Origin: an uncultured Clostridia bacterium | Lineage (GTDB): Bacteria; Bacillota; Clostridia; Oscillospirales; Ruminococcaceae | Reading direction: 5' to 3' | Length of the DNA stretch: 64,000 nucleotides | Assembly: GCA_947628655.1 (NCBI GenBank) | Contig: CANRAS010000007.1 | Location: forward strand, 1 to 64,000 | Shown here: positions 37,485 to 46,801 of the stretch, one piece after another | Layout of the letters: each line of letters starts with the position of its first letter | How positions within the stretch are numbered: the stretch's first letter is position 1 | The notes under the pieces: model-generated | What the model saw: only the letters and a program-made list of their open reading frames with translations | Database searches by the model: none | What the model was told of the DNA's origin: nothing | Translations under genes and position numbers: made by a program

Positions 37485-38813
37485 CTATTCTTCGGGGTCG
37501 GTTGGTTCGTCGATTGGTTCTTCGGGGTCGGCGGGTTCGTCAATCGGCTCTTCGGGGTCGGTTGGTTCTTCAATCGGCTCTTCGGGGTCGGTAGGTTCTT
37601 CTATCGGCTCTTCGGGGTCGGTTGGTTCTTCTATCGGCTCTTCGGGGTCGGTTGGTTCTTCCGTCGGTTCTTCGGAAACCGTGGGTTCTGATGTCGTTTG
37701 CGTTGATGTTGACGTGGAGGCGGGAGTTTTGTGAGGCAGAGAATTGTTGTGTACGGGGACTTTTTCGGGGTTCGTGAGTTTCAGCGTGACATATTCTTCC
37801 TTGCCGATTTCGTTATTGATAAGTTCCGCCGCCACGAGCAGTTTGCTCTGAACATCCTCTATTGAGCCGAGTTCGAGGATAATTCTGTCCTCGACGGTGA
37901 TTTTAACGTCGAATTTATCGGTCATATCAACGACGGTGATGTCCTTTAATTTCGCCGCGTCCGCCGCCTCGAAAATCATTGACGGAATATCGCTTTTGCC
38001 CTCTGTTTTGGAACTGAGCCATTGTCCGACTTCAATCGTCTGCGGGTCGTAGCCTTTTACTATGGGAAGTTCGCCCGCCGTGCATTTTTCGATAATCTTC
38101 CCCTTGCGGGAAATCGCAACGGTTGTACCGCTTTCTGTAATGCAAAACTGCCTTACAGCCTCGGTAACGTTTATTGTAATTTTCGTCGGGAACGATTTCT
38201 TCACTTGAACATCGTCAACATATGCAAGCGATGAAAGTATATTCTCCCGCGCCGCCGCGGGTTTTATGTGCAGAAGATTATCGCCTGTGTTAATTCCCGA
38301 ACGTTCGATTATTTCTTCGGGGGAATACTTCCCCTCACCCGTCACTTCGATTGTCGCGCACTTGAACAAAACCGTGTTCGCAAGCACGATAAACACGACT
38401 ATAAGCACAATCGCTCCTAAAACGTAATACAGCGCGTAATTGCCCCCGCGGAATTTCCTGCGCTTAGGCTGTGCGGTCTTTTGAGCGAATGCGTTTTTCG
38501 GGTTGTTCGCCTGCGGTAATCTTTGATTTTTAGGCTGATTTTTCGGAATACTCCTCTGCGGGCGCTGATTTGGAGCGGGCGCTTGAGCCTGCGGTGGACG
38601 TTGCGCCTGCGGAGGTCTTTGCGCCTGCGGAGGTCTTTGCGCCTGCGGAGAGCGTTGCGCCTGCGGTGGGCGCTGTGCGGGCGGTTTCGCGGTCTTGGGA
38701 CGGTTTGGCGCGGTATTCGCCGTATTGTTCATAGAATTTCGCGTATTTTGATTATTGGGCAATGCCTTTTGGTCTTTCTTTTTCCTGTTAAATTTCAGCG
38801 CCAATGTTTTCAC
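37485..38813 (-). CDS. ftsQ: cell division protein FtsQ/DivIB (POTRA) with an N-terminal PQAQR repeat region and C-terminal acidic PEEPIEEPTD x6 repeats
   Basis: Single TM then POTRA/FtsQ core (..FKCATIEVTGEGKYSPEEIIERSGINTGDNLL..). Five tandem 15 bp repeats at about 38585-38675 and six 30 bp repeats at 37490-37680 lie within the CDS. Confidence 0.7.
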   Translation of the reverse strand: MKTLALKFNRKKKDQKALPNNQNTRNSMNNTANTAPNRPKTAKPPAQRPPQAQRSPQAQRPPQAQRPPQAQRPPQAQAPAPNQRPQRSIPKNQPKNQRLPQANNPKNAFAQKTAQPKRRKFRGGNYALYYVLGAIVLIVVFIVLANTVLFKCATIEVTGEGKYSPEEIIERSGINTGDNLLHIKPAAARENILSSLAYVDDVQVKKSFPTKITINVTEAVRQFCITESGTTVAISRKGKIIEKCTAGELPIVKGYDPQTIEVGQWLSSKTEGKSDIPSMIFEAADAAKLKDITVVDMTDKFDVKITVEDRIILELGSIEDVQSKLLVAAELINNEIGKEEYVTLKLTNPEKVPVHNNSLPHKTPASTSTSTQTTSEPTVSEEPTEEPTDPEEPIEEPTDPEEPIEEPTDPEEPIEEPTDPEEPIDEPADPEEPIDEPTDPEE

Positions 38814-38836
38814 CGTCCTTTCCGCTTTTTATTTTC

Positions 38837-40102
38837 CTAAACTCTTTTAATATCCGCGCCTACGGAGCGCAGGGTGCTTTCTAAACTTTCATATCCTCTG
38901 TCTATGTAAGTAAGCCCGCTTATCTCGCTTGTTCCCTCCGCCGCGAGAGCCGCCGTGACGAGCGCCGCGCCGCCGCGCAGGTCAGCGGCGCATACCTTTG
39001 CGCCCGAAAGCCTCGGCACTCCCTCGACAACGCAAACTCTGCCCTCTGTCTTGATATTCGCGCCCAAACGCATAAGTTCCGACACATGACGAAAACGGTT
39101 TTCAAATATCGTTTCCACAAATACGCTCGTACCCTCCGCTGTCGTGCAAAGCGCGGTGAACGGGGCTTGTATGTCCGTCGGAAAGCCGGGGTAAGGCATT
39201 GTTCTTATAGTCGGCGGGGCGGTTAGGCGCTTTTTGCCCGTGATGTAGAGTTTACCGCCGCCGTAGGTGTAAATTCTCGCGCCCATAGTTTCCATCGTCT
39301 GCAAAAAACCGTTCATATGCTCCGTGCGGCAGTTCGTGAGTATCATTTCGCCATGGGTTATCATCGCCGCGCAGAGATATGTGCCTGCCTCTATTCGGTC
39401 GGGGATAACGCTGTGTTCGCAGGGAGAAAGGCGCTCCACTCCCTCGATGATGATAACGCCGTCGCCCGCGCCGCGAATTTTCGCACCGCATTTTATCAGG
39501 TATTCGGCAAGGTCTACGATTTCGGGTTCTCTTGCCGCGTTGTGGATTTCGGTTTCGCCTTTAGCGGTGCATGCTGCCAGCAGAATGTTTTCGGTAGCCC
39601 CGACGGACGGGAACGACAGAACTATCTTCGCTCCGTGAAGTCCCTTGCCCGCCGTGCAGTCGAGAAAACCGTGTTCCTCGTCGATTTTCGCGCCCATTTG
39701 CCGCAGAGCGGAAATGTGCAGGTCAATAGGACGCGAACCGAGTTCGCACCCGCCTGGGAACGACAGCCGACATCTGCCCATTCTCCCCAAAAGCGCGCCT
39801 AAGAATATGATAGACGAGCGCATCTGGCGCATAAGGTTGTCGGGAATTTCACTTCCGAACACATTTGACGCGTCCACCGTAACGGTGTCCCCGTCGCGTC
39901 GGCACTTACAGCCGATATGCGTAAGTATTCTGCAAGCCGCGTCAACGTCTGTAAGCGCGGGGCAATTGTGAAGTACGGTTTCACCGTGAGGGAGGACGGC
40001 GGCGGACAGCAGCGGCAGCGCGCTGTTTTTCGCCCCGTGAACGCGGACTTCACCCTCCAGCTTGCGCCCGCCGTTTACAATCAGCTTTTGGCGAAAGTTC
40101 AT
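38837..40102 (-). CDS. murA: UDP-N-acetylglucosamine 1-carboxyvinyltransferase
   Basis: N-terminus ..LIVNGGRKLEGEVRVHGAKNSALPLLSAAVL.. and the active-site Cys region are typical of MurA; 421 aa. Confidence 0.85.
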   Translation of the reverse strand: MNFRQKLIVNGGRKLEGEVRVHGAKNSALPLLSAAVLPHGETVLHNCPALTDVDAACRILTHIGCKCRRDGDTVTVDASNVFGSEIPDNLMRQMRSSIIFLGALLGRMGRCRLSFPGGCELGSRPIDLHISALRQMGAKIDEEHGFLDCTAGKGLHGAKIVLSFPSVGATENILLAACTAKGETEIHNAAREPEIVDLAEYLIKCGAKIRGAGDGVIIIEGVERLSPCEHSVIPDRIEAGTYLCAAMITHGEMILTNCRTEHMNGFLQTMETMGARIYTYGGGKLYITGKKRLTAPPTIRTMPYPGFPTDIQAPFTALCTTAEGTSVFVETIFENRFRHVSELMRLGANIKTEGRVCVVEGVPRLSGAKVCAADLRGGAALVTAALAAEGTSEISGLTYIDRGYESLESTLRSVGADIKRV

Positions 40103-40160
40103 ATTATCACCCTTTCAACAAATCTAGTGCATAATATGTTGAAAGGGGAAATTGCGTGAA

Positions 40161-41297
40161 TTAACCTGCGAATTTATCTTCGCCGACCAAATCTATTATT
40201 TCTTTCAAAATAATATCGGCGGCGTTGGGTTTGCGCATTTTCGCGGCGTTCTGCTCCATAAGATGAAGGCGCGCCGTATCCTGATACAGTTTTGAAACCT
40301 CCTCGACAAGCCTTGCTTTCGTGAGGTTTTTGTCCTCGATAAGCACCGCCGCGTTCTCGTTTACGAGCGTCAAAGCGTTGTAGTATTGGTGATTTTCGGC
40401 GGCGGCGGGGTACGGCACGAGAACGGACGGTCGTCCGATTTCGGTAAGCTCCGTTATCGTCATTGCGCCAGCGCGGGAAATAATTAAATCGGCGGCGCAC
40501 ATACAGGTATACATATTGTCGATGTATTCCCTGAACATCTGGTGACGCTTGTCCTCACGGACATTAGCCGATTTCAGCGCGTTCTGGAACAGTTCCTTGT
40601 TCTTTCCGCCATAGGAGTGAATGTGATTTATCTCGCCCGTTTTCTGCTCCCACGCAATAAGTTCCGCGACCGCCTCGGTTATCTTATTTGCGCCCAGACT
40701 CCCGCCGAACGACAGGACGGTAAAGCAATCGGGAAGTCCTAAACGTTCCCGCGCCGCGCCGCGCTCCTCTATCGGGATATTTGTGCGCAGAGGGTTGCCT
40801 GTGACGATACAGCGCGACGGGTCTTTGAGGTACTTTACGGCGTCCTCTGTTGCCAAAAGCACCTTGTCCGCTTTGTCGGATAAAAGTTTTGTCGCCGCGC
40901 CGGGATAGGAATTGCTCTCGTGGGTTACGGTTTTAATGCCCAGAGAAACCGCCGACCTTAACACCGTTCCCGTGACGTAACCGCCCGTGCCGACCGCCAA
41001 ATCGGGTTTAAATTCCTTTAAAATCTTTCGGACGGCTCTTTTAGCGGAAACGAGATAGCAATACGCCGCTTTGACGTTCCGCACAACGGAGCGCGGCGAG
41101 AAATCGCGCTGAAAGCCCGACATCTCCACACCCCTAAAGTCATATCCCGCCTTAGCGACAAGACGGCTTTCCATACCGTCGGGCGTTCCTATGAACAGAA
41201 TTTCCGTATCGGGGAACACCGACTTTATTTTATCGGCAATGGCAAGCGCGGGATTGATGTGTCCCGCCGTGCCGCCCGCCGCGAATACTACACGCAT
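40161..41297 (-). CDS. murG: undecaprenyldiphospho-muramoylpentapeptide beta-N-acetylglucosaminyltransferase
   Basis: MRVVFAAGGTAGHINPALAIADK N-terminus and the C-terminal glycosyltransferase-28 domain. Confidence 0.9.
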   Translation of the reverse strand: MRVVFAAGGTAGHINPALAIADKIKSVFPDTEILFIGTPDGMESRLVAKAGYDFRGVEMSGFQRDFSPRSVVRNVKAAYCYLVSAKRAVRKILKEFKPDLAVGTGGYVTGTVLRSAVSLGIKTVTHESNSYPGAATKLLSDKADKVLLATEDAVKYLKDPSRCIVTGNPLRTNIPIEERGAARERLGLPDCFTVLSFGGSLGANKITEAVAELIAWEQKTGEINHIHSYGGKNKELFQNALKSANVREDKRHQMFREYIDNMYTCMCAADLIISRAGAMTITELTEIGRPSVLVPYPAAAENHQYYNALTLVNENAAVLIEDKNLTKARLVEEVSKLYQDTARLHLMEQNAAKMRKPNAADIILKEIIDLVGEDKFAG

Positions 41298-41312
41298 ATT
41301 TTAAGCCTCCGT

Positions 41313-42743
41313 TTATTTTACCCTCGCGCGTTTGCTGACCGACAGCACAAGTCCCATTTCCCACAACTGCAAAACGAGAGCCGTACCGCCGTAGCTGAAA
41401 AACGGCAGGGAAATTCCCGTATTCGGAACGCAGCAAAGATTTACCGCAATATTAAGCAATGCCTGCAAGCCGATTTGAATTGTAATGCCCGTTACCATAA
41501 GACAGCCGAATTTGTCCTCGGCGCGTCTTGCGATGTACAGTCCGCGCATTACGAATATTATAAACAGCAGAATGACGAATACGCCGCCGACAAGCCCAAA
41601 TTCCTCAACGAGAATGGCGAACACGAAGTCGTTCTGCGCAAACGGCAGATAGCCGTATTTCTGGCTTGAATTGCCGAAACCTTTGCCCCATATTCCCCCC
41701 GAACCTATCGCCAAAGCGGACTGATAGTTCTGGAACGACCTGTCGCCGGGGTCGGAAAGCGGGTCCATATACTCGATACGCTCTTGGAAATATCCGACTT
41801 TAACGACGCTTACAAGCAGGAACACCGCAAGCACCGCAAAAATCGCTATTGGGAGCGCCTCTTTTACGTTTACCCCGCCGACGAACAGCATTACGGCAAA
41901 CAGCATAAAGATGATAAGCAGGCACGACAAGTGCGTCTGCACGACGATTGACGCGGCTACGGGTATCATTATAAGAATGGGCTTTACAAGTCCGCCGTAG
42001 AGCGTGCGCATAATATCGCTGTTTTTGTGAATGTAGTATGCTAAGAAAATCACGACCGCGACTTTTAGGAAGTCCGACGGCTGAAACTGTCCGAACAGCG
42101 GTAACTGTAACCAGCGTTTCTGACCGCCCTCCGCCTCAATGCCGATTATCGGGCATAAGAAGTTCATCAGAACGCATATTATTAGAACGATATGCGCCGC
42201 CGTGATGTGGCGCTTTTTGCTTTCACGGCGAAGAAAACGATAGTCGAAGAGAGTAAGCATAGCCATACCCGCCAGACCTATGACCGCCGCCGTCATCTGC
42301 CGTCTTACATAAGCGTAGCTGTCGCCGTTGTTGTCGCGGTAGGAATACGCGATACTCGCGGAAAACATCATCGTTATGCCGATAGCAAGCAGTACGAGCG
42401 TTATTATCAGCATCGGTATGTCTACCCTGCCCTCCGTGCTTAAAAACCTTACGCGGTTCGGGTCTTTTTCCTGCTTTTTCTTTTTCGGCTTTACGCTCTC
42501 CGCGGGGAGTTTCCGCTTGGCGTTTCCGTTTTGCGCGGGCGCGGGCTTTTGCGGATTTTTCCGAGCGGGCGCGGGCGCAGGACGCGCGGGGCGTACCGCC
42601 GCGCTTTGCGCGTTATTATTCCCGCCGTTCGGGCGCACGGGCGCGGGGCGGGGATTATTTCCCCTGACGCGCGCCGTTCCCGTTTGCGAGTTTCCGTGCG
42701 GCGCGGGTCTTGCGTTTTGAGAACCCTTAATTTGTCGCTGCAT
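41313..42743 (-). CDS. ftsW: FtsW/RodA/SpoVE family peptidoglycan glycosyltransferase with a ~115 aa disordered basic/Pro-rich N-terminal extension
   Basis: SEDS core (..FQPSDFLKVAVVIFLAYYI.., ..GGTALVLQLWEMGLVLSVS..). The start is supported by RBS GGGAGGA 9 nt upstream of the ATG. Confidence 0.8.
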   Translation of the reverse strand: MQRQIKGSQNARPAPHGNSQTGTARVRGNNPRPAPVRPNGGNNNAQSAAVRPARPAPAPARKNPQKPAPAQNGNAKRKLPAESVKPKKKKQEKDPNRVRFLSTEGRVDIPMLIITLVLLAIGITMMFSASIAYSYRDNNGDSYAYVRRQMTAAVIGLAGMAMLTLFDYRFLRRESKKRHITAAHIVLIICVLMNFLCPIIGIEAEGGQKRWLQLPLFGQFQPSDFLKVAVVIFLAYYIHKNSDIMRTLYGGLVKPILIMIPVAASIVVQTHLSCLLIIFMLFAVMLFVGGVNVKEALPIAIFAVLAVFLLVSVVKVGYFQERIEYMDPLSDPGDRSFQNYQSALAIGSGGIWGKGFGNSSQKYGYLPFAQNDFVFAILVEEFGLVGGVFVILLFIIFVMRGLYIARRAEDKFGCLMVTGITIQIGLQALLNIAVNLCCVPNTGISLPFFSYGGTALVLQLWEMGLVLSVSKRARVK

Positions 42744-42761
42744 TTATTTCTAATCCTCCCA

Positions 42762-43805
42762 TTAAACGCTGAACATCGTTTTTGCAAAGAAAATCGCAAG
42801 TGCGCCGAACAGAAGTCCGACTACCGAAAAAACGCTGTCTATCTTTATCTCGCTCCAGTTTGAAAGCTCGAAGTGGTGATGAATAGGCGTCATTTTAAAT
42901 AAACGCTTGCCCTCTTTTGTGTGGTTTAACTTCCTCGTTATCTTGAATACTGTCGATTGAATAACCACGGACAGCGCCTCAAGAACATACACCATACCCG
43001 CTGTTACCATCAGAAATTCGGCGTTGCAGCCAAGTCCGAGAGCGCACACCATACCGCCTAAGAACATCGAACCCGTATCGCCCATAAATACCTTTGCGGG
43101 CGGAGCGTTCCACGTCAGAAAGCCGATACAGCCGCCTGCCGCGCAGTATGCCATAAGTTTAAGACCGAACATTCCGCAAAACGCGACGATAACGGAAAAC
43201 GCAATCATATAAACCGTTGTTACGCTGCTGCAAAGCCCGTCTATACCGTCCGTAAGGTTTACCGCGTTTACCATATAGAGTATCAGTACGCCTACAAGCG
43301 GATAGTAAAACAGTCCCAAATCCCACTGCGCTCCCCACGGGAACGTAATGACCGTGCGGGAAATTCCGCTGATGTAAAGCGTAGTGAAATACGCGGCTAT
43401 AATAAGCACCTGTATTATCACTTTTTGTATCCAAGTAAGACCCTCGTTGTGCTTTTTCTTTATCTTGATAAAGTCGTCGAGAAAGCCCATTGCTCCGAAC
43501 AGCAGAGCCATTATCATACCCGACACGGCGCGGATAAATTCCGCCTTGTCCGCGCCCGCGAAGTCTACACCCGTTTTCCCGAAGATAATCATTCCCGCGG
43601 TAAAGCACACGGTAACGGCGATTATAAACGAAATTCCGCCCATCGTCGGAGTTCCCTCTTTTTTCTCCTTGTGCCACTTGGGACCGATGTCAAGTATCGT
43701 CTGTCCGTATTTCAGCTTGTGCAAAAGCGGGATAAGCCAAAACCCAGCGAGCCACGTCAGCGCGAACGCCGCCAAAAACGAACCGAAATATATCCACACA
43801 TTCAT
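42762..43805 (-). CDS. mraY: phospho-N-acetylmuramoyl-pentapeptide transferase
   Basis: ..VFMGDTGSMFLGG.. and ..NAVNLTDGIDGL.. are MraY signatures. Confidence 0.9.
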   Translation of the reverse strand: MNVWIYFGSFLAAFALTWLAGFWLIPLLHKLKYGQTILDIGPKWHKEKKEGTPTMGGISFIIAVTVCFTAGMIIFGKTGVDFAGADKAEFIRAVSGMIMALLFGAMGFLDDFIKIKKKHNEGLTWIQKVIIQVLIIAAYFTTLYISGISRTVITFPWGAQWDLGLFYYPLVGVLILYMVNAVNLTDGIDGLCSSVTTVYMIAFSVIVAFCGMFGLKLMAYCAAGGCIGFLTWNAPPAKVFMGDTGSMFLGGMVCALGLGCNAEFLMVTAGMVYVLEALSVVIQSTVFKITRKLNHTKEGKRLFKMTPIHHHFELSNWSEIKIDSVFSVVGLLFGALAIFFAKTMFSV

Positions 43806-45148
43806 TCCATGTCACCTATTTTTTCAGCAATTTCTTCCATTCTCATACCGCGGGAGCCTTTGAACAGCACGATGTCGCCGTCTTTGATATGCTCCGACAA
43901 TGCTTTTGTCAAAGCCTGTTTATCCTCGCTGTGCGTTACCGAAACGCCCTTTTCCGTGAGTTTTTCCGCGAGGGCGGTCATTTCTTTGCCCAATAAGAAA
44001 AATTCGTCTGCGTCGTCCGATAAATCCGCGAGTTCCGCGTGCAGACGCTTTGACTGTTCGCCGAGTTCGAGCATATCGCCGAGCACCGCTATTCTGCGCC
44101 CGCTCATCGCCGAAAGCACGCCCAAAGCGGATTTCATTGACGTTGGAGAGGCGTTATAGCAATCGAGAATTACGGTAATACCTCCGCGCTTTTCTATCCG
44201 CTGGCGCATACCCGACGGTTCATAGCGCATAAACGCGGGTATTATCCCGCTTGCCGTCATACCGAACTCTATCCCGACAGCGAACGCCGCGAGCGCGTTC
44301 AGGACGTGGTGTTCTCCCGTTTCGGGAACGCAGGCGGGGTATTCCGCGCCGTTATAAATCAGCGTAAAATCCTCGCCGCGCGGTTTGTGAGTGATATTCT
44401 CCGCGCGAACGTCGTTTCCCGCGCCAAAGCCGTATTTTATCACACGGCGCGCGCCCGTTTGCTCTTTCGTGAGTTTTCCCAAAAACTCGTCGTCGCCGCA
44501 CACGATAAGCGGGGCGGTGCTTTCCATTCCGTCGAGTATCTCCAATTTTGCCCTTAGAATATTTTCGCGCGTTTTCAGTTGTTCTATATGACACCAACCG
44601 ATGTTCGTTATCACGGCGCAGTCGGGGTGTGCCGCCTTTGACAGCGCGGAAATCTCGCCGAGGTCGCTCATTCCCATTTCGATAACTGCCGCGCCGTATT
44701 CGCCGTTCAAGCGAAACAGCGTTTTCGGAAGTCCTATATCGTTATTGAAATTTCCCTCTGTTTTGAGCGTGTTATATTTCGCGGACAACACCGCGTAAAT
44801 CATATCCTTTGTCGAGGTTTTCCCGACAGAACCCGTGACCCCGCATAGTTTTGCGGTGAATTTGTCGCGGTAATGCCTTGCGAGTTTAAGCTGTGCCGTC
44901 CTCGCGTTTTCTACTAAAATTGTAGGAATATCCGCGTTTTCGCAGACGCGTTCGGAAAGTACTGCCGACGCTCCGCTTTTCATCGCCTGCTCTATGTAGT
45001 CCGCGCCGTCAAAGCGTTCGCCTTTGACCGCGACAAACAGCGCGCCTTTTTCAATCGTCCGCGTATCCGTGGAAACGCCGTTTACGCGAACGTCCGCGCC
45101 GATAAGTTCGCCGCCCGTCGCTTTTGCAATTTCTGTCGAAGTAAACAT
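43802..45148 (-). CDS. murF: UDP-N-acetylmuramoyl-tripeptide--D-alanyl-D-alanine ligase
   Basis: P-loop GVTGSVGKTSTK in the Mur ligase middle domain. Its position is between murE and mraY. Confidence 0.85.
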   Translation of the reverse strand: MFTSTEIAKATGGELIGADVRVNGVSTDTRTIEKGALFVAVKGERFDGADYIEQAMKSGASAVLSERVCENADIPTILVENARTAQLKLARHYRDKFTAKLCGVTGSVGKTSTKDMIYAVLSAKYNTLKTEGNFNNDIGLPKTLFRLNGEYGAAVIEMGMSDLGEISALSKAAHPDCAVITNIGWCHIEQLKTRENILRAKLEILDGMESTAPLIVCGDDEFLGKLTKEQTGARRVIKYGFGAGNDVRAENITHKPRGEDFTLIYNGAEYPACVPETGEHHVLNALAAFAVGIEFGMTASGIIPAFMRYEPSGMRQRIEKRGGITVILDCYNASPTSMKSALGVLSAMSGRRIAVLGDMLELGEQSKRLHAELADLSDDADEFFLLGKEMTALAEKLTEKGVSVTHSEDKQALTKALSEHIKDGDIVLFKGSRGMRMEEIAEKIGDME

Positions 45149-45163
45149 AAATAAATTACCAAC

Positions 45164-46627
45164 CTAATTTTTTTTATTCGCAAAATACTCCTCCACTATC
45201 TCGCGTTCGTCAAAGTGGAAATAAGTATCGCCTATCGCCTGATAATCCTCGTGACCCTTTCCGCAGAGCGCTATTATATCGCCTTTTTCTGCGATGTCAA
45301 GCGCGCGGAAAATCGCCGCTTTTCTGTCCGTAAACTCCTCGTGCGGAACGTTTTGCGGTATTCCTTTCACAACATCGTCTATCGTAGTTTGCGGGTTCTC
45401 GTGGCGCGGGCTGTCGGTCGTGACTATCAGAATATCCGAAAACCGCGCCGCCGCCTCTCCCATATCGGGGCGCTTGCCCGCGTCGCGCTCTCCTGCCGCG
45501 CCGAAAAGCGTAATAAGCCTGCCGCTCGTCAGCGGTTTGAGTGCGGAAAGCAGTTTACAAAGTCCGTCTGCGGTATGCGCGTAATCGCGTATTACGGTAA
45601 ATTCGCCTTTATAAAGCGTTTCAAGCCGTCCCGATACGCCGTTTATTTTTGCGAGCGCGGCGACGATTTCATCGAGAGGCATTCCCATAAGCGACACCGC
45701 GGTCACCGCTGAAACAGCGTTCATAACGTTGTATTTCCCCGTAAGCGCGAACTTTACGGGATAGCTTTTTTGCGCCGCGCTGTCGGTCAGTATAAACTCG
45801 CTCCCGTCGGGACGAAGATTTACAAACTCCGTATAGAAATCCGCTATGCCGTCAACGGACACGGTTTTGAGCGGTACGCCTTTTTCACGGCAATATTCGG
45901 CGATTTTAACGCCGTATTCGTCGTCAATATTCACGACGGCACATTCGCACATATCGAAAAGTCTGCGCTTTGCCTCGAAATAGTTCTCCATCGTCTTGTG
46001 ATAATCGAGGTGGTCGCGGGTCAGATTAGTGAAAATCCCTACGCGAAAGCCGTCCTCGGCAAAGCGATATTGCGAAAGCGCCTGCGAACTTGCCTCGACA
46101 AAGCAATATTCGGTGTTTTCGTTTACCATTTGCGCGAAAAGCTGATAGAGCCTGCGCGGTTCGGGGGTCGTGGGCGGTCCGTCGTGCGAATAGGAAAGTC
46201 CTCCGCCCGTGTCAACTCCCAAAGTGCCGATAGTTCCCGTGCGGTGACCCAAACCCCGCGTAATTTTAGCGCAAAGGTCGGTTATCGTCGTCTTGCCGTT
46301 CGTTCCCGTTACGGCGCATATTTTAAGTTTACGCGCGGGGTGTCCGTAAAACGCCGACAGAAGTTCGGGGTATATCCTGCGGGAATTTGAAACGCAGATT
46401 TCGCGTGCAAGTCCGAGGGGCGTTTGCGTTACGACCGCCGACGCGCCTTTTTCCAAAGCGGTTTTCGCCATCGTGTGACCGTCAAAGTTCCCGCCTTTTA
46501 TGCAGACGAACACAAAGTCCGTTTCAACCTCTCGGCTGTCGGAAGTTACGCCCGCCACGGAAAGCCGTGAAATTTCCTGCGGTATGTCACATATCCCCTC
46601 GAAAAGTTCCCCGCAATTCACAAGCAC
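45164..46627 (-). CDS. murE: UDP-N-acetylmuramoyl-L-alanyl-D-glutamate--2,6-diaminopimelate ligase
   Basis: P-loop AVTGTNGKTT and the TDSR region; 487 aa. Confidence 0.85.
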   Translation of the reverse strand: MLVNCGELFEGICDIPQEISRLSVAGVTSDSREVETDFVFVCIKGGNFDGHTMAKTALEKGASAVVTQTPLGLAREICVSNSRRIYPELLSAFYGHPARKLKICAVTGTNGKTTITDLCAKITRGLGHRTGTIGTLGVDTGGGLSYSHDGPPTTPEPRRLYQLFAQMVNENTEYCFVEASSQALSQYRFAEDGFRVGIFTNLTRDHLDYHKTMENYFEAKRRLFDMCECAVVNIDDEYGVKIAEYCREKGVPLKTVSVDGIADFYTEFVNLRPDGSEFILTDSAAQKSYPVKFALTGKYNVMNAVSAVTAVSLMGMPLDEIVAALAKINGVSGRLETLYKGEFTVIRDYAHTADGLCKLLSALKPLTSGRLITLFGAAGERDAGKRPDMGEAAARFSDILIVTTDSPRHENPQTTIDDVVKGIPQNVPHEEFTDRKAAIFRALDIAEKGDIIALCGKGHEDYQAIGDTYFHFDEREIVEEYFANKKN

Positions 46628-46639
46628 ACCACCTTACCG

Positions 46640-46800
46640 CGCAACGTAATAACTAAAAGACAATCTTTCCGCGCACGAAGTGCGCACCTTAGGGTAATCC
46701 GCAAAGCGGATTACTCGCTAACTACTAACTACTATTCTCTAGCTACTGCGCGACCACGCGCTCTTACCTCTTACCTCTAACATCTTACCTCTTACAGCCT
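46640..46800. repeat. dispersed intergenic element copy (aaAGACAATCTttccgcgcac-gaag-tgcgcac, aatccgcaaagcggatt hairpin, ctaactactaa / ctattctctag / cttacctcttacc motifs)
   Basis: Lies between the murE start and the PBP stop. Confidence 0.6.
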
Positions 46801-46801
46801 G